Source: Octopus vulgaris | Taxonomy: Eukaryota | Assembly (NCBI GenBank): GCA_951406725.2 | Contig: OX597832.1 | Span: 11,966,001-12,030,000 of the forward strand | Direction of reading: 5' to 3' | DNA: 64,000 nucleotides | Shown here: one piece after another, positions 25,071 through 37,548 of the stretch | How positions within the stretch are numbered: the first letter of the stretch is position 1 | Layout: each line of letters starts with the position of its first letter | Notes under the pieces: model-generated | What the model saw: only the letters and a program-made list of their open reading frames with translations | Told to the model about the DNA's origin: nothing | The model's database searches: none | Position numbers and translations under genes: made by a program

Positions 25071-26550
25071 CTGTGTGTATGTCTGTCTATCTACCTACCT
25101 ATCTATCTATCTATCTATCTATCAATGGCTCCCTATACATACATACACACACATATGTGTGTGTTATACATTATATACGTTGCTGTTTGTTGAGATAATC
25201 TTTTGGTTAACTTAAATTATACATTCATGAATATATACAGAGAGAGGAAGATGTTCAACGTTTAAAAATAGAAAGAGCACACAAAGGTTATCTTAAGCTT
25301 ACGAATTTTATGACGAGGCGGCAAACAACATAAATATGTTAATAGTTCACGGGTCAGATGTAGAGTAACAATTAAAATAAAATGACGTATGTTAGACTGA
25401 TTTTTCTTTTCTTCTTAGATAAATGCATGACGTTCACGTAATTCCCAGGCGTAGCTATCTTCGATTTTGCATGGTTCAATGTTTTATAGCCATAAAGTTG
25501 AGACATTATCGTTAATATGTATGCGTGATGGTATGTGTCACACTAGTTACTCTCGTTTATGTATATGTCTGAATGGATAGGCTTATATTGACTTTAAATA
25601 TTTCCCTGTATATGCTCATACATGTATATGTAGGTATGTGTGTAATGCATAGATATATAATAACAAACACTTTTCTACGTACATATGGACACACATATCT
25701 ATAGATAGATAGATCGATAGATAGATAGTTTTGCGTGTCTATGATACAGTACGTAACATATAGAACAGTATTACTTAAGCTTCTAGGAGACGAGTTCAAG
25801 TGTACCTCAAATAGAATGTAATATCTCATCCAAAATGCAGATCTGTGCGTTATTCATTTCTTAACGCACAACAAAAATGACCGATGAAACAGGCGATTTA
25901 AATCCATCATGCATTAATTGCTTGGAAAAGATGATATTGGTACCTCAATTAGAGTGCTGCTGTTCACCTAAAATGTAGATGTGTGCACTGCCGTTTTCTT
26001 TAGACACATAATATATGGTTGATGTAGTATCAAATAGGCATCTCGGCATTTTATTGTGAAATATTTGCTGTCTAATGATATGTAGATAACCAAATCAGCG
26101 TGAACACAAGGTACACTTGTGCATATCTTAGCTAATCTATAAAGGACATTTTTAACCCTCACAAAGCTCTTGAATTAGCGATTGTTTATGCCTTAACGGG
26201 CCGTTATATATATATGTATGTGAACTTCCACCAACTATTCTGCCTATATATCTGTGCAAACCTTTGACTGCAGTGTATGCTAGAAAGTGTGCAAATCCAA
26301 CGGAGGCGTCAAAAGACATTTTCAGATGCACAAAGTTTAGAACTTACCTTCAGCTCTTGGTGGTCTAAATCGGATGCGCAATCTGCGTGGGTGAGTTTTC
26401 AGAACATTGTCTGATTTAAAAAGCCTCATCAGATGCCATGATGCTGCTAAGGTGTAGGTACAGGAGGCAGTCAAACTCTGTATAAGGAGTAGACAACCAT
26501 CATATGTAACTATATGTATTTGGATATATATGCAACTACATATACATATG

Positions 26551-26848
26551 TATCACCGTGACCGACCAGGTTATCAGATATTGCTACACAAAGCTGGTCA
26601 TAATGCGCTTCGCATTGTTTTAGCCTTTAGATGACGCCACCCCGCTGACTAAGCGAGCAGGTCAACAGAAGAAAGAGTGAAAAAAAGTTGTGGCGAGAGT
26701 ACAGCAGGGATCGCCACCACCCCCTGCCGGAGCTTCGTGGAGCTTTAGTTGTTTTCGCTCAATAAACACTCACAACGCCCAGTCTGGGAATCGATATCGC
26801 GATCCTACGCCCGCGTGTTCGCTGCCCTAACCACTGGGCTATTGCGCC
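26551..26848 (-). mobile_element. SINE with SINE-C-like head/body and a different tail
   Basis: Minus: agcccagtggttagggcagcg...tgtttattgagcgaaaacaactaaagctccacg...cgccacaactt, then tail ...gaccagctttgtgtagcaatatctgataacctggtcggtcacggtgat. Confidence 0.75.
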
Positions 26849-27903
26849 TCCATCCCCCCCCCCATATATATATATATACATGTCCATACAACGACATATA
26901 TACATACGTTGCATATAATGTCTATTTGTGCATATGACAAAATATCTTGTAATTTGCTTGATAGTAATTTGCTGTCTACGACTAACAAGAAGACCGTCAG
27001 TTGCGAAGCTTCGAAGTTACTGTCAGAAAAACTACTCAAGAGTTTAGACTCCATACATGTACTGCGTTTTGTTCATTAAGCCGATATAATATTTAGATAT
27101 TTCAACGCTTATATCTAATGTATGCGTATATGTTCGGGTGTGCATGACTGTATAGTTGTGTTTGTGTATCAGAAAGAGTAAAATGTTATTGTAACATTAA
27201 TTAGTGGATCTCCAGCATGGCCACGAAAATCGAGATAGAGCACGTAAGATTTTAAGTGAAAAATAATATCGGCTTTCTGTTCATTCATCTGTGTTTCATT
27301 TAAAATTATTTTGCTTTATTTTATGTGTAAATGCATATGCGTAGTGTATGAATGTGTCTCGGTGTGTGTGTGTGCGAATCAATGTGTATTTATGGAATTA
27401 TTACCATTCTATTTCAATGTATATAATTTATAATACGATTTTGTACATAATTACATTTCTATTTTATTAATTATGGTAAAATATAACCTACTTTATACAA
27501 AGAAAGTTCTTCAAAATTAAATCTTAATGTTCCGTTAAATAAGGATTGGCATTACGCAAAACTAATCAAAATTATTGTAACTTGAGAGAAGAAATCGTAT
27601 TCCATACAAATTTATTAAATTTCGGTACACGCACAACAAAAAGTAAACAAAAAAAAAACCTCCCAAAAACAAAAACAAAACAAAACAAACAAATATTATT
27701 CAAGGACTTCGCAATATTCTTTAATATTTATGAAAGTTTCATAATAATATGCCCGATATTTATTTTCGAATTTTATTATAATTTAGTATATTTTTACTGT
27801 ACTTGATCTATGTAAATGAAATGGATTTTTGAAATATCATTTAATAATCCTGTATGTTTTATGGAAATTTTATGTGAGATATTTAAATGCATTGCAGTTT
27901 CCA

Positions 27904-27970
<67 letters not shown>

Positions 27971-28296
27971 TGCACGCACGCGCACACACATAATTGTAAA
28001 TCAAGGGTTAAATTTTGCTTCATGAATGCAGGCATAGATACGCGTTCGTGAAGTTCGTTTCCTAACCCCGTTGACATGCCACAAGAAACAGGGAATCTGT
28101 TTTCAACTCGGTATGACCAAACAATTTATGAGAGCAATTCTGGTCGGCGCGACCTCGAACCCACAAGAGTAAACAAGGGAGATAGAAACAGACAGAAAAG
28201 AGGAAAATGCCACTTGCATTTGAACACTATGCAAATATTCTTTTAAAAAAACTTTTTCTTATAATTTTTCTTAGATTTAATTGTTTTCCATACTTA

Positions 28297-28332
28297 CAGT
28301 CGAAAAAGTCTCAATGACTGAAACCGGTACTG
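28297..28332 (+). ncRNA. Degenerate hammerhead-like motif
   Basis: cag-TCGAAAA-agtc-tcaat-gact-GAAA-ccgg-TA-ctg. All three stems are perfect but the first core box is damaged. Confidence 0.4.
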
Positions 28333-28397
28333 AAATGTTTTTTATAAAATTATTTCAGCATTTTCTACCTCGACTTTTTGTTGATATGTATATATAT

Positions 28398-28435
<38 letters not shown>

Positions 28436-28439
28436 TTGC

Positions 28440-28612
28440 TGCCGTAAGTATGTCTTAAGAAGTTTGCTTTCTCACCAAATGGTTCAGGTTTTAGTTACAC
28501 TACGTGGCACCTTGGGCAAATGTTTTCTACTATGCCTTCGGACCGATGAAACCCTTATAAGTGGACTTTGTAGATGGAAACTTCTTAAAGAAGAAACTCG
28601 TGTGTATACACA
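28440..28612 (+). mobile_element. SINE-B 5' half
   Basis: ggttcaggttttagttacactacgtggcaccttgggcaaatg. Confidence 0.65.
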
Positions 28613-28715
28613 CACACACCAAGCCACAAAGGAACGTAGGAGATGAGAACTGGGCTACATAGGCTTCATAGCGAGCGGGATATTGGAAGCAGTATATACA
28701 CAAGTGAGGGTTACA

Positions 28716-28854
28716 CCGCAGGCTACTGGTCAGGCCAAGGGCATCTTGATTAAATGAAGTTTAAATTGTCATAAGATGCGTTCGCATGTACCTCCTTGCG
28801 ACTGTGTAAACCTCATTTAATCAAAATGAACTTGGCCTGACGAATAGCCTGCGG
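28716..28854. repeat. Imperfect hairpin, 48-bp arms (probable MITE core)
   Basis: 28716-28763 vs reverse complement of 28807-28854, ~6 mismatches; outer match ggctacata/tatgtagcc. Confidence 0.8.
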
Positions 28855-30210
28855 CATATACTTCGCATATGTAGCCTGGATCTTAGCTACTCAATTCCTT
28901 AACTCTTGCATTATTCGCTTACCTGGCAAACCTGGTTGAATAGAGTGAAATATTGTTGCTTTTCATATTTACTGCAGATTGGTTGAAGCTAGCTTTCTTT
29001 CTACGCCTTCATCCTCGGATCTTAAATAATAATAATAATAATGATGATGATGAAAAACAATATTTCGTTTTTGGATTCGGTTTTCAAAATTCTTCATGTG
29101 AGTTCGTGTGTCGAATCATATTTTGTTGTGTCTGGGGAGTGTAATTTTCTTATAGTTCCTTATTTTTTTAACACACTCACCGGTAAAATTTCCAAATAGT
29201 TACTTATGTATTTTTCCCAAAATTTTCGTTTTGTCTTGCAACGAGTATTGAAAATGTTGCAAGACGCAACGAAAATTATAGGAAATATAAATAAGTAAAT
29301 GCGTAGAAACTTGAAATGCGGTGAATGTGTTAAATAATAAGACACTAAAAGAGAATAACTTTCCCCAGACACAACAATATATATATACATACATACATAC
29401 ATACACACATATATATATATATCAAGAAATAAGACAATGCATTTTGTTCGATACATTGACTATTCTTCCAGCGGAAGGTAAATTGAAAATCTCATATCAC
29501 TGCAAACACAAAACAAAAATAAGTTAAAAATAAACATAAAAATCTTTGATGAAAGTGGTCACCGTCTTAGGAGAAAGTGTCAGCTTTTGGCAATTCGTGA
29601 CACCGATACATTTTCAACTCTAGCATATTTATAATGCCCCTTTCACTTAATATGATAATGTCGTTGAGAAAGACATTAACAGCACAAGTTTTCCCGTTCA
29701 AATTGCATAAATTATATGATATTCATATAAGACTACTCTGGTATATCTTTGGGTTATAGAATCTAGATAAAGAATTCGGGTTTTCTCGAGTGAATAACAC
29801 GAATTACTTCCATTTAGGAGCTGTATTAAAATGTGATGCAGCTAGGATAAAGTTACTTTATTAATATTACGCTCATACATGTATATAGAAAATATATCTA
29901 CTAGTTATATATGTGCATAATTTGCAAAATGTACATAGAATGGCGTTGAGTAGCTTGAATCGGTACAATGTCAAAGAAAATGCCTTGTGGTCGTATGTTC
30001 TATCCTTTTATGCTCAGAAATCTAATTATGCTGTTATATGTATAAAAAACAATTCAGAATTCTCTGCAAATGCATTTTCATTTGCATGAATTACCTAACT
30101 ATGGATGGACGAGGCTATATATGTATCACTCACTCATTCACTCTCTCATTTTCCCACTCTCTCGCTTTCTCTGTGAATGTGTATCTATCTATCTATCTAT
30201 CTATCTATCT

Positions 30211-30428
30211 GGCAGAAACGTTAGCACGCCGGGCGAAATGCCTAACCGTATTTCGTCTGCCGTTACGTTTTGAGTTCAAATTCCGCCGAGGTCGACTTTG
30301 CCTTTCATCCTTTCAGGGTCGATAAATTAAGTGCCAGTTACGCACTGGGATAGAAGTAATCGACTTAATACCTATGTCTGTCCTTGTTTGTCCCCTCTGT
30401 TTTTAGCCCCTTGTGGGTAGTAAAGAAA
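30211..30428 (+). mobile_element. SINE-A near full length (tail A)
   Basis: ggcagaaacgttagcacgccgggcgaaatg...gagttcaaattcc (B-box-like)...core...gtgggtagtaaagaaat. Confidence 0.88.
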
Positions 30429-30457
30429 TTTATCTATGTATCTATGTTCTATGTATC

Positions 30458-30512
<55 letters not shown>

Positions 30513-30644
30513 GCAAATACACATACATATAAGTGTGTGTCTATATATACACAAATGTGTGTATGTATGTGTGTATATATATATATATATATACACACAC
30601 ATAATTGTGAGTATACATACATGCATGAGCACATACATATGCTT

Positions 30645-30845
30645 TTAGTCTTTAACGCGTTTCAGTTATTTGACTGCGGCCATGCTGTAGCACTGCCTTT
30701 AGTCTAAGAAATTGACCCCAGGACTTATTCTTTGTAAGCATAGTACTTATTCAGCCTGTTTCTTTTGTCGAACCGTTAAGTTTCGGGGTCATAATCAAGC
30801 CAACATCGGTTGTCAAGCAATAGTAGAGAAGAAACACAAACAAAC
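30645..30845 (-). mobile_element. SINE-B 3' half
   Basis: tttcagttatttgactgcggccatgctg...gaccccaggacttattctttgtaagc. Confidence 0.75.
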
Positions 30846-30865
30846 GCACACATAAATAAATAAAC

Positions 30866-30927
<62 letters not shown>

Positions 30928-31249
30928 AGATTAGTAGAGTTAGCGGTTGGAATGACCGTCTAAGGGATAAGAGTATCTGTATTACTACCGGTATAAATTA
31001 CCTATGTTAAACTTGAGCATATATATATGCAAATATATTATGCACATAGAGTATTGGCAATAACAAAAATAAAGAAGAAATTATCAGGGATCAAATTTAA
31101 ATTGAGCAGAAATTGTTGAAATCTTCTTCTACAACAAATTGACTATTCTGAGAATAATACTATTCTCAGAAATTTCTTTGGCAAAACTACAGGACATTGG
31201 AAGAAGAAATATATATATATATGTTTTTATATACGTATGTATTTATTAT

Positions 31250-31631
31250 AGGCGCAGGAGTGGCTGTGTGGTAAGCAGCTTGCTTACCAACCACATGTTT
31301 CCGGGGCAAACGTCTTTTACTATACCCTGGGGCCGACCAAAGCCTTGTGAGTGGATTTGGTAAACGGAAACTGAAAGAAACCAGTCGTATATATATGTAT
31401 GAATATGTTTCTTTCTGTGTTTGTCCTCCCCTGCCCAACCATAGCTTGACAACCGATGCTAGCTTGTGTACGTCACCCTAACTTAGTGGTTCAGCAAAAA
31501 GACATTGATGGAATAAGTACTATGCTTAGAAAGAATAAGTCCTGGGCTCTATTTGTTCGAGTAAAGGTTGTGCTCCAGCAAGGCCGGAGTCAAAATGACT
31601 GAAAAATTGAATGAATAAAAGAAAGAAAAGA
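31250..31631 (+). mobile_element. SINE-B
   Basis: Full-length copy, tail-to-tail with the next copy. Confidence 0.85.
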
Positions 31632-31642
31632 ATATATATACA

Positions 31643-32036
31643 CTTTACTCTATTTTACTTGTTTCAGTCATTTGACAGCGGCTATGCTGGAGCACCGCCT
31701 TTAGTTGAGCTAATCGACCCCAGGACTTATTCTTTGTAAGCCTAGTACTTATTCTATCTGTCTCTTTTGCCGATCCGCTAAGTTACGTGGACGTAAACAC
31801 ACCAGCATCGATTTTCAAGCGATGTTGAGGGGACAAACACAGACACAAACACGCATACACACATATGTATACATATATATATATAAGACTGGCTTCTTTG
31901 AGTTTCTGTCTACGAAATCCACTCACAAGGCTTCTGTGAGTGGAAGATACTTGCCCAAGATGCCACACAGTGGGACTGAACCCGGAACCATGTGGTTGGT
32001 AAGCAAGCTACTTACCACACAGCCGCTCCTGCGCCT
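31643..32036 (-). mobile_element. SINE-B
   Basis: Full-length reverse copy ending cagccgctcctgcgcct. Confidence 0.88.
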
Positions 32037-32396
32037 ATATATCTATATATATATATACGTACACACAAAGAAAGGGGTGAGGCAGAGATAAGAGATAGTT
32101 TGAGGAGATATAGAAATAGACTAATACATACATGCAGGCATACGTACATACATACATACACAAAGGGACACACATATCTGCAGTCTAATAAATAATGCAA
32201 TTAAGTGTGCGCTCGTATGCACCTAAGTGCGTTCGTGATTGCGTTTGATTCTCTTCGTTGGTGTCTATATCTTCACGCCTCGACATTGGTGTATGTCTAG
32301 ATGTGTCTGTCTACTTGTTTATCTATCGTTACAAATGTATACAAGTATGTATTCACATGGGTAAACGAACGATTGTGTTATTACACACGCACACAA

Positions 32397-32427
<31 letters not shown>

Positions 32428-32674
32428 CACGAACGTTTTACAAGCAATAGCAGCGAATATAATGCCCACGTGACCATATTATAATCAATGAATGAGGGGA
32501 AATATGTAAGAAGCTGTTGGAATTCTTCTACCACAGAAGTTTCCGTTAATCACAATCTATAGCTGAGTATAAAGGCACCATTCGTATGAAGGCAGGCCTA
32601 TTTATTATTGTTTTTTTGTGGCATAAAATTTGTGTTGGAATACTATGTGTGTACCTCTATGTGCGTATGTATGC

Positions 32675-32678
<4 letters not shown>

Positions 32679-32714
<36 letters not shown>

Positions 32715-32910
32715 GTGTGTGTGTGTGTATACATATATGCATATATGTATGTTTATATATATATGCATATATGTATGTTTATATATATATATATGCATAT
32801 ATGTATGTGTGTATATATATATATATATACACATACATATATATATATATATATGTATGTGTATATATATATATATATATATATACACATACATATATAT
32901 ATATATATAC

Positions 32911-32943
<33 letters not shown>

Positions 32944-33278
32944 CACATACATACATATATATATATACACATACATACATATATATACACATACATATAT
33001 ATATATATACACATACATATATATATATATACACATACATACATATATATATATATACACATACATACATATATATATATATACATACATACATATATAT
33101 ATATATACACATACATACATATATATATATATACACATACATATATATATATATATACACATACATACATATATATATATATACACATACATACATATAT
33201 ATATACACATACATACATATATATATATATACACATACATACATATATATGTACACATACATACATATATATATATAT

Positions 33279-33310
<32 letters not shown>

Positions 33311-33452
33311 ACATACATATATATGCATATATATATACACATACATATATACGCATATATATATACACATACATATATGCATATATATATACACATACAT
33401 ATATGCATATATATATACACATACATATATGCATATATATATATATGTATGT
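32679..33452. repeat. ~770-bp compound (TA)n/CACATACA satellite
   Basis: Direct inspection; source of six spurious ORFs. Confidence 0.97.
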
Positions 33453-33740
33453 ATCTTAGGATTTTATGATTATATTCTATAGTTGAGAAACTCTTAACTC
33501 CTTCCTGCACATTCTATTATGGTTAACTCAAAATATATAAAAATATTGATTATTTGGAATGGAATTATACTGGCCCAAATAATAATGAAAAGATACGTAT
33601 CTCTGTATATATACTCACATATATATATATATGTGTGTGTGAGTGTAAGTATGTGTTTGTGCGTGTTGTTATATGCATCGTTATTCATGTACATACACAT
33701 ATATATAGACACCTGTTTCTATATGCCCACACCGATCTAT

Positions 33741-33800
<60 letters not shown>

Positions 33801-34223
33801 CACGTCTGTGTGTGTGTCTATATCTATTTGAATGTGCCACTGTGTGTATGCATGAATGATACGACTCTGAATTGTTGAAATCAGTTGAAAATATGAATAT
33901 TGTTTGTTCGCTATGATGCTTTGGGCATTTTTGTGACTGAGTAGAAAATATAGGTTACCGAATTGAAGATGCATCTCTATTAACTTTTCATACGTTTTGG
34001 TTATTGAATGGTACTTGAAATAAGGCTTTCGTCAAAGAAAACTAGTGCGCTACATTTTCATTTTAAATAAATGTCACGTGAAGGGTAATAAGATAAATAG
34101 GGAAACATCAATATCGATTCCATTATGTCAGCTATGCACCCCCACCACATATATATGTATATTAATTTATATAGACAAATACACATACCCACGTATATAT
34201 GTATCCTGCTATTATTGTTGTGT

Positions 34224-34262
<39 letters not shown>

Positions 34263-34266
<4 letters not shown>

Positions 34267-34290
34267 CGAGGTATAATACATCTCTGATAG

Positions 34291-34356
<66 letters not shown>

Positions 34357-34397
34357 GAACGAGGTATAATAAATCTCTGATATATATATATATATAT

Positions 34398-34444
<47 letters not shown>

Positions 34445-34503
34445 CATATATATATATATTTATATATATATATATCTGAACGAGGTATAATAAATCTCTG
34501 ATA
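34263..34503 (+). repeat. Three copies of a ~27-bp unit separated by variable (TA)n
   Basis: tgaacgaggtataata..atctctgata at ~34263, 34356 and 34477. Confidence 0.9.
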
Positions 34504-34513
34504 TATATATATA

Positions 34514-34813
34514 TATCATGGTATCGACCAGACTATCCAATTTTGTTATGCATCTCTGGTCACACTGCTCTTTGCACAATGAATTAGCTTTTCGAATGAT
34601 GCCACCCGGTTGGGTAGGCGAACATGCCAGCATTTCCCTTGATCGAAAGACTATTCCGTCAGAAAGATATCCATTTACAGGTGAGTGGGCGGGGGCAATG
34701 TGAAACGAAGTTTGTTTTGCTGAAGAACGCAACGGACCGCCTCGTCTGTGGATTGAACTCACAATCTAGCAAATGTTATTGCAACACTCTAACCACTAGG
34801 TCACTTACCTTCG
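34514..34813 (-). mobile_element. tRNA-derived SINE, CORE/V-like body, tail shared with 26551-26848
   Basis: Minus: tgacctagtggttagagtg...gagttcaatcc...gttcttcagcaaaac...; tail gtgaccagagatgcataac...gatagtctggtcgataccatgat. Confidence 0.65.
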
Positions 34814-35098
34814 CACACATAAAAGTTTATATATATATATATGTGTGAGTGTGTGGCTGTGAATGTGTGTATGCATGTATATGTAGTGTACGTATTTATA
34901 GATAAGAATGTACAAACATTACTCGATGCCATGCGTCGAGACTTGATTATGGTGTTTGCAGTTGGCGCCTCACTTCTAGCTTTTCATATTTCACGTGTCA
35001 GTTCATCAGACTCGATACCAAATATGCGTTCCGTGCTGTGTGATTGGAGCTGTAAAATTTCTACATAATTAGCGTGAGGTTCTAGACCATAGATATTA

Positions 35099-35630
<532 letters not shown>

Positions 35631-36538
35631 AAATTATAGCTCCATAAACAAAAATTGCAAGAAATATATTTGGAATTTTCAAAGATTGACTGAAAATATC
35701 CAGTGTAATAACCTTTAGAGGATATTTCAAATATTTCTCACATTCATATATTCAACTGGTATAGCCAGAACACGTGACGCTTTGATATATTCATGTAAGA
35801 AAACATGTGATGATGTCTTCGCGCCTACAGTAACGTATTCAAAACACAATTAGGAAACGTTGGTGCGTTAACACAGGGTAGCGTAGGAGTTAGCTGAAAC
35901 TGCCTCCAGAACAATGCAAATATTCATATGCAGAAAATCGGAAAGCGGAATATTATTTGCTGTATTATTCCCTCTAGTTTAATTGTTTGTTCCAATGTTG
36001 CCGCGAATTTTCCAAAACGCTATGAATAAGCATTTCTCTTTGCAGTTTTCTTGAGATCTTCAATAGAATTAGCGTTACGGTGAGCTATATTTCCGTCATA
36101 AACTTCATTTCTTCTTTAGGCAATATAAAGAAAAGAACCCATTCCACATCGAACTGGCAACTCTCAATGAAATTCTAGCAACATTAAATTGCTTTTTAAT
36201 GGCAGGCGTCTTTCTAAACGGATATATTCTTGAGAGCGATTTTTGCCTTGAATACATCGGTCAGACTAATAGCTATATAAGGTTCACTCAAAATACCTTA
36301 AAAAATATTGAACATAAATATACAATAGGGTGGAGTGAAAATAAAATATTGTAGAAATCTAAAACGCCTGAGGGCTAAGATGTTGCTATATTTAATTACT
36401 AGGAAAATGCCAAATTTTCGTTGAGATCTATCGAGAGCCTTTACGACTTCAAGCCGCCTAAACTCCGAAAATAGGGGATTCTAAATGATGCTGCCAGATC
36501 GCTGCCTTAGTCTTTCTATCTATATCCATATCTATACA

Positions 36539-37240
36539 TACGTGGTCTGATGAATAAGTATCCAGACTGTTGCATTTAACTAAGCTAAAACAATGAGAGT
36601 AAAACTGCTCGACACAGATTGACCCTGACCTCTGTTGTGCATGCGCACTAAGTTTTAACGTTCTAGCACACTTCGGTTCTTTACAACAGGGCTTAAAATG
36701 AACGAGCAGAACGTGCGATCGTGGCATTGAACATGACAGAGGAAGTTGAGCAAAGAGTCTGCCAAAAGCTTGGTGATACCTGTTCAGAGGCCAAAGCAAA
36801 GTTTTCAAAAAGTTTCATCGTTCTCGACAGAGTCAAGGTCCTGTGCAACTGAAACCCGATTGTCTTTTTGGTCAGCTGAAAGCAGTTTTGGCATAAACTA
36901 GGCAGACATGCGTGTCATGCCTAAATCTTCAGTGATAATGGACTGAACTGAATCGTAGCAAATCTGTACATCCTATGATAACTCACGGATGGTAATTCGA
37001 CAATTTCCCCTTACAGCTGCACGCACATTTGCGACGTTTTTCTTAGTTCTGTGGGTTGCGGTTCTCCCAGAAAGTTCATCGACATTTTTGCAGCCATCTT
37101 GCAAACGTCTGAACTACTCGTACAGTTCATACACTCATCTTCCTTTCACATTCTGAAATTTTCCGTCGGCGTCCGAGCAGGCATCACTTTGAAAACTTTT
37201 TCTGTCATGGTCAATGCGACGATCACACGTTACACACCTT
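36539..37240. mobile_element. Rearranged mariner derivative: two 5' halves facing each other
   Basis: TA-cgtggtctgatgaataagtatccagactg end; + strand MTEEVEQRVC..QKLGDTCSEA from 36732; - strand FRRLQDG..VDELSGR..T..NVANVRAAVRGNCRITIRELS*DV...VQSIITEDLGMTRMSA*FMPKLLSADQKDNRV. 36710-36740 is inverted at 37200-37231. Confidence 0.8.
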
Positions 37241-37349
37241 CCTTCCAAGAACTGCTGTGAACAGCAAATGTGAGATCGAACGTTAAGCATTTAAGCATTT
37301 CTTCTTTTCTCCGGCGTTCTGCCATCTTGCCAAGTTAAGTATTTCGGCT

Positions 37350-37548
37350 TTTCTAACTTTGGCACGAGGCCAGCAATTTTGTGTCAGATATAAATCAATT
37401 ACTTAAACCCCAGTGCTCAATTGGTAGTTATTTTACCGACTCCGAAATGATAGAGCACAAAGTCGACATCAGCGTTATTTGAAAGCTGGAATAAATGACA
37501 CTAAGAATTTTGTCCCGCATTGTAACAATTTTAGCAGGTCTCTACCTT
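37350..37548 (-). mobile_element. SINE-A, old diverged copy
   Basis: cccagtgctcaattggtagttattttaccgactccgaaatgatagagcacaaagtcgac. Confidence 0.6.

Noticed and set aside
32586-33510. Long ORFs (215-298 aa) of Y/I/H/T/M/V/C
   Set aside because: Translations of (TA)/(CA) satellite, open on both strands; the same applies to 35198-35647, 42340-42917 and 55204-55705.
34263-34503. CRISPR-like array
   Set aside because: Spacers are pure (TA)n, the context is eukaryotic, and there are no cas genes.
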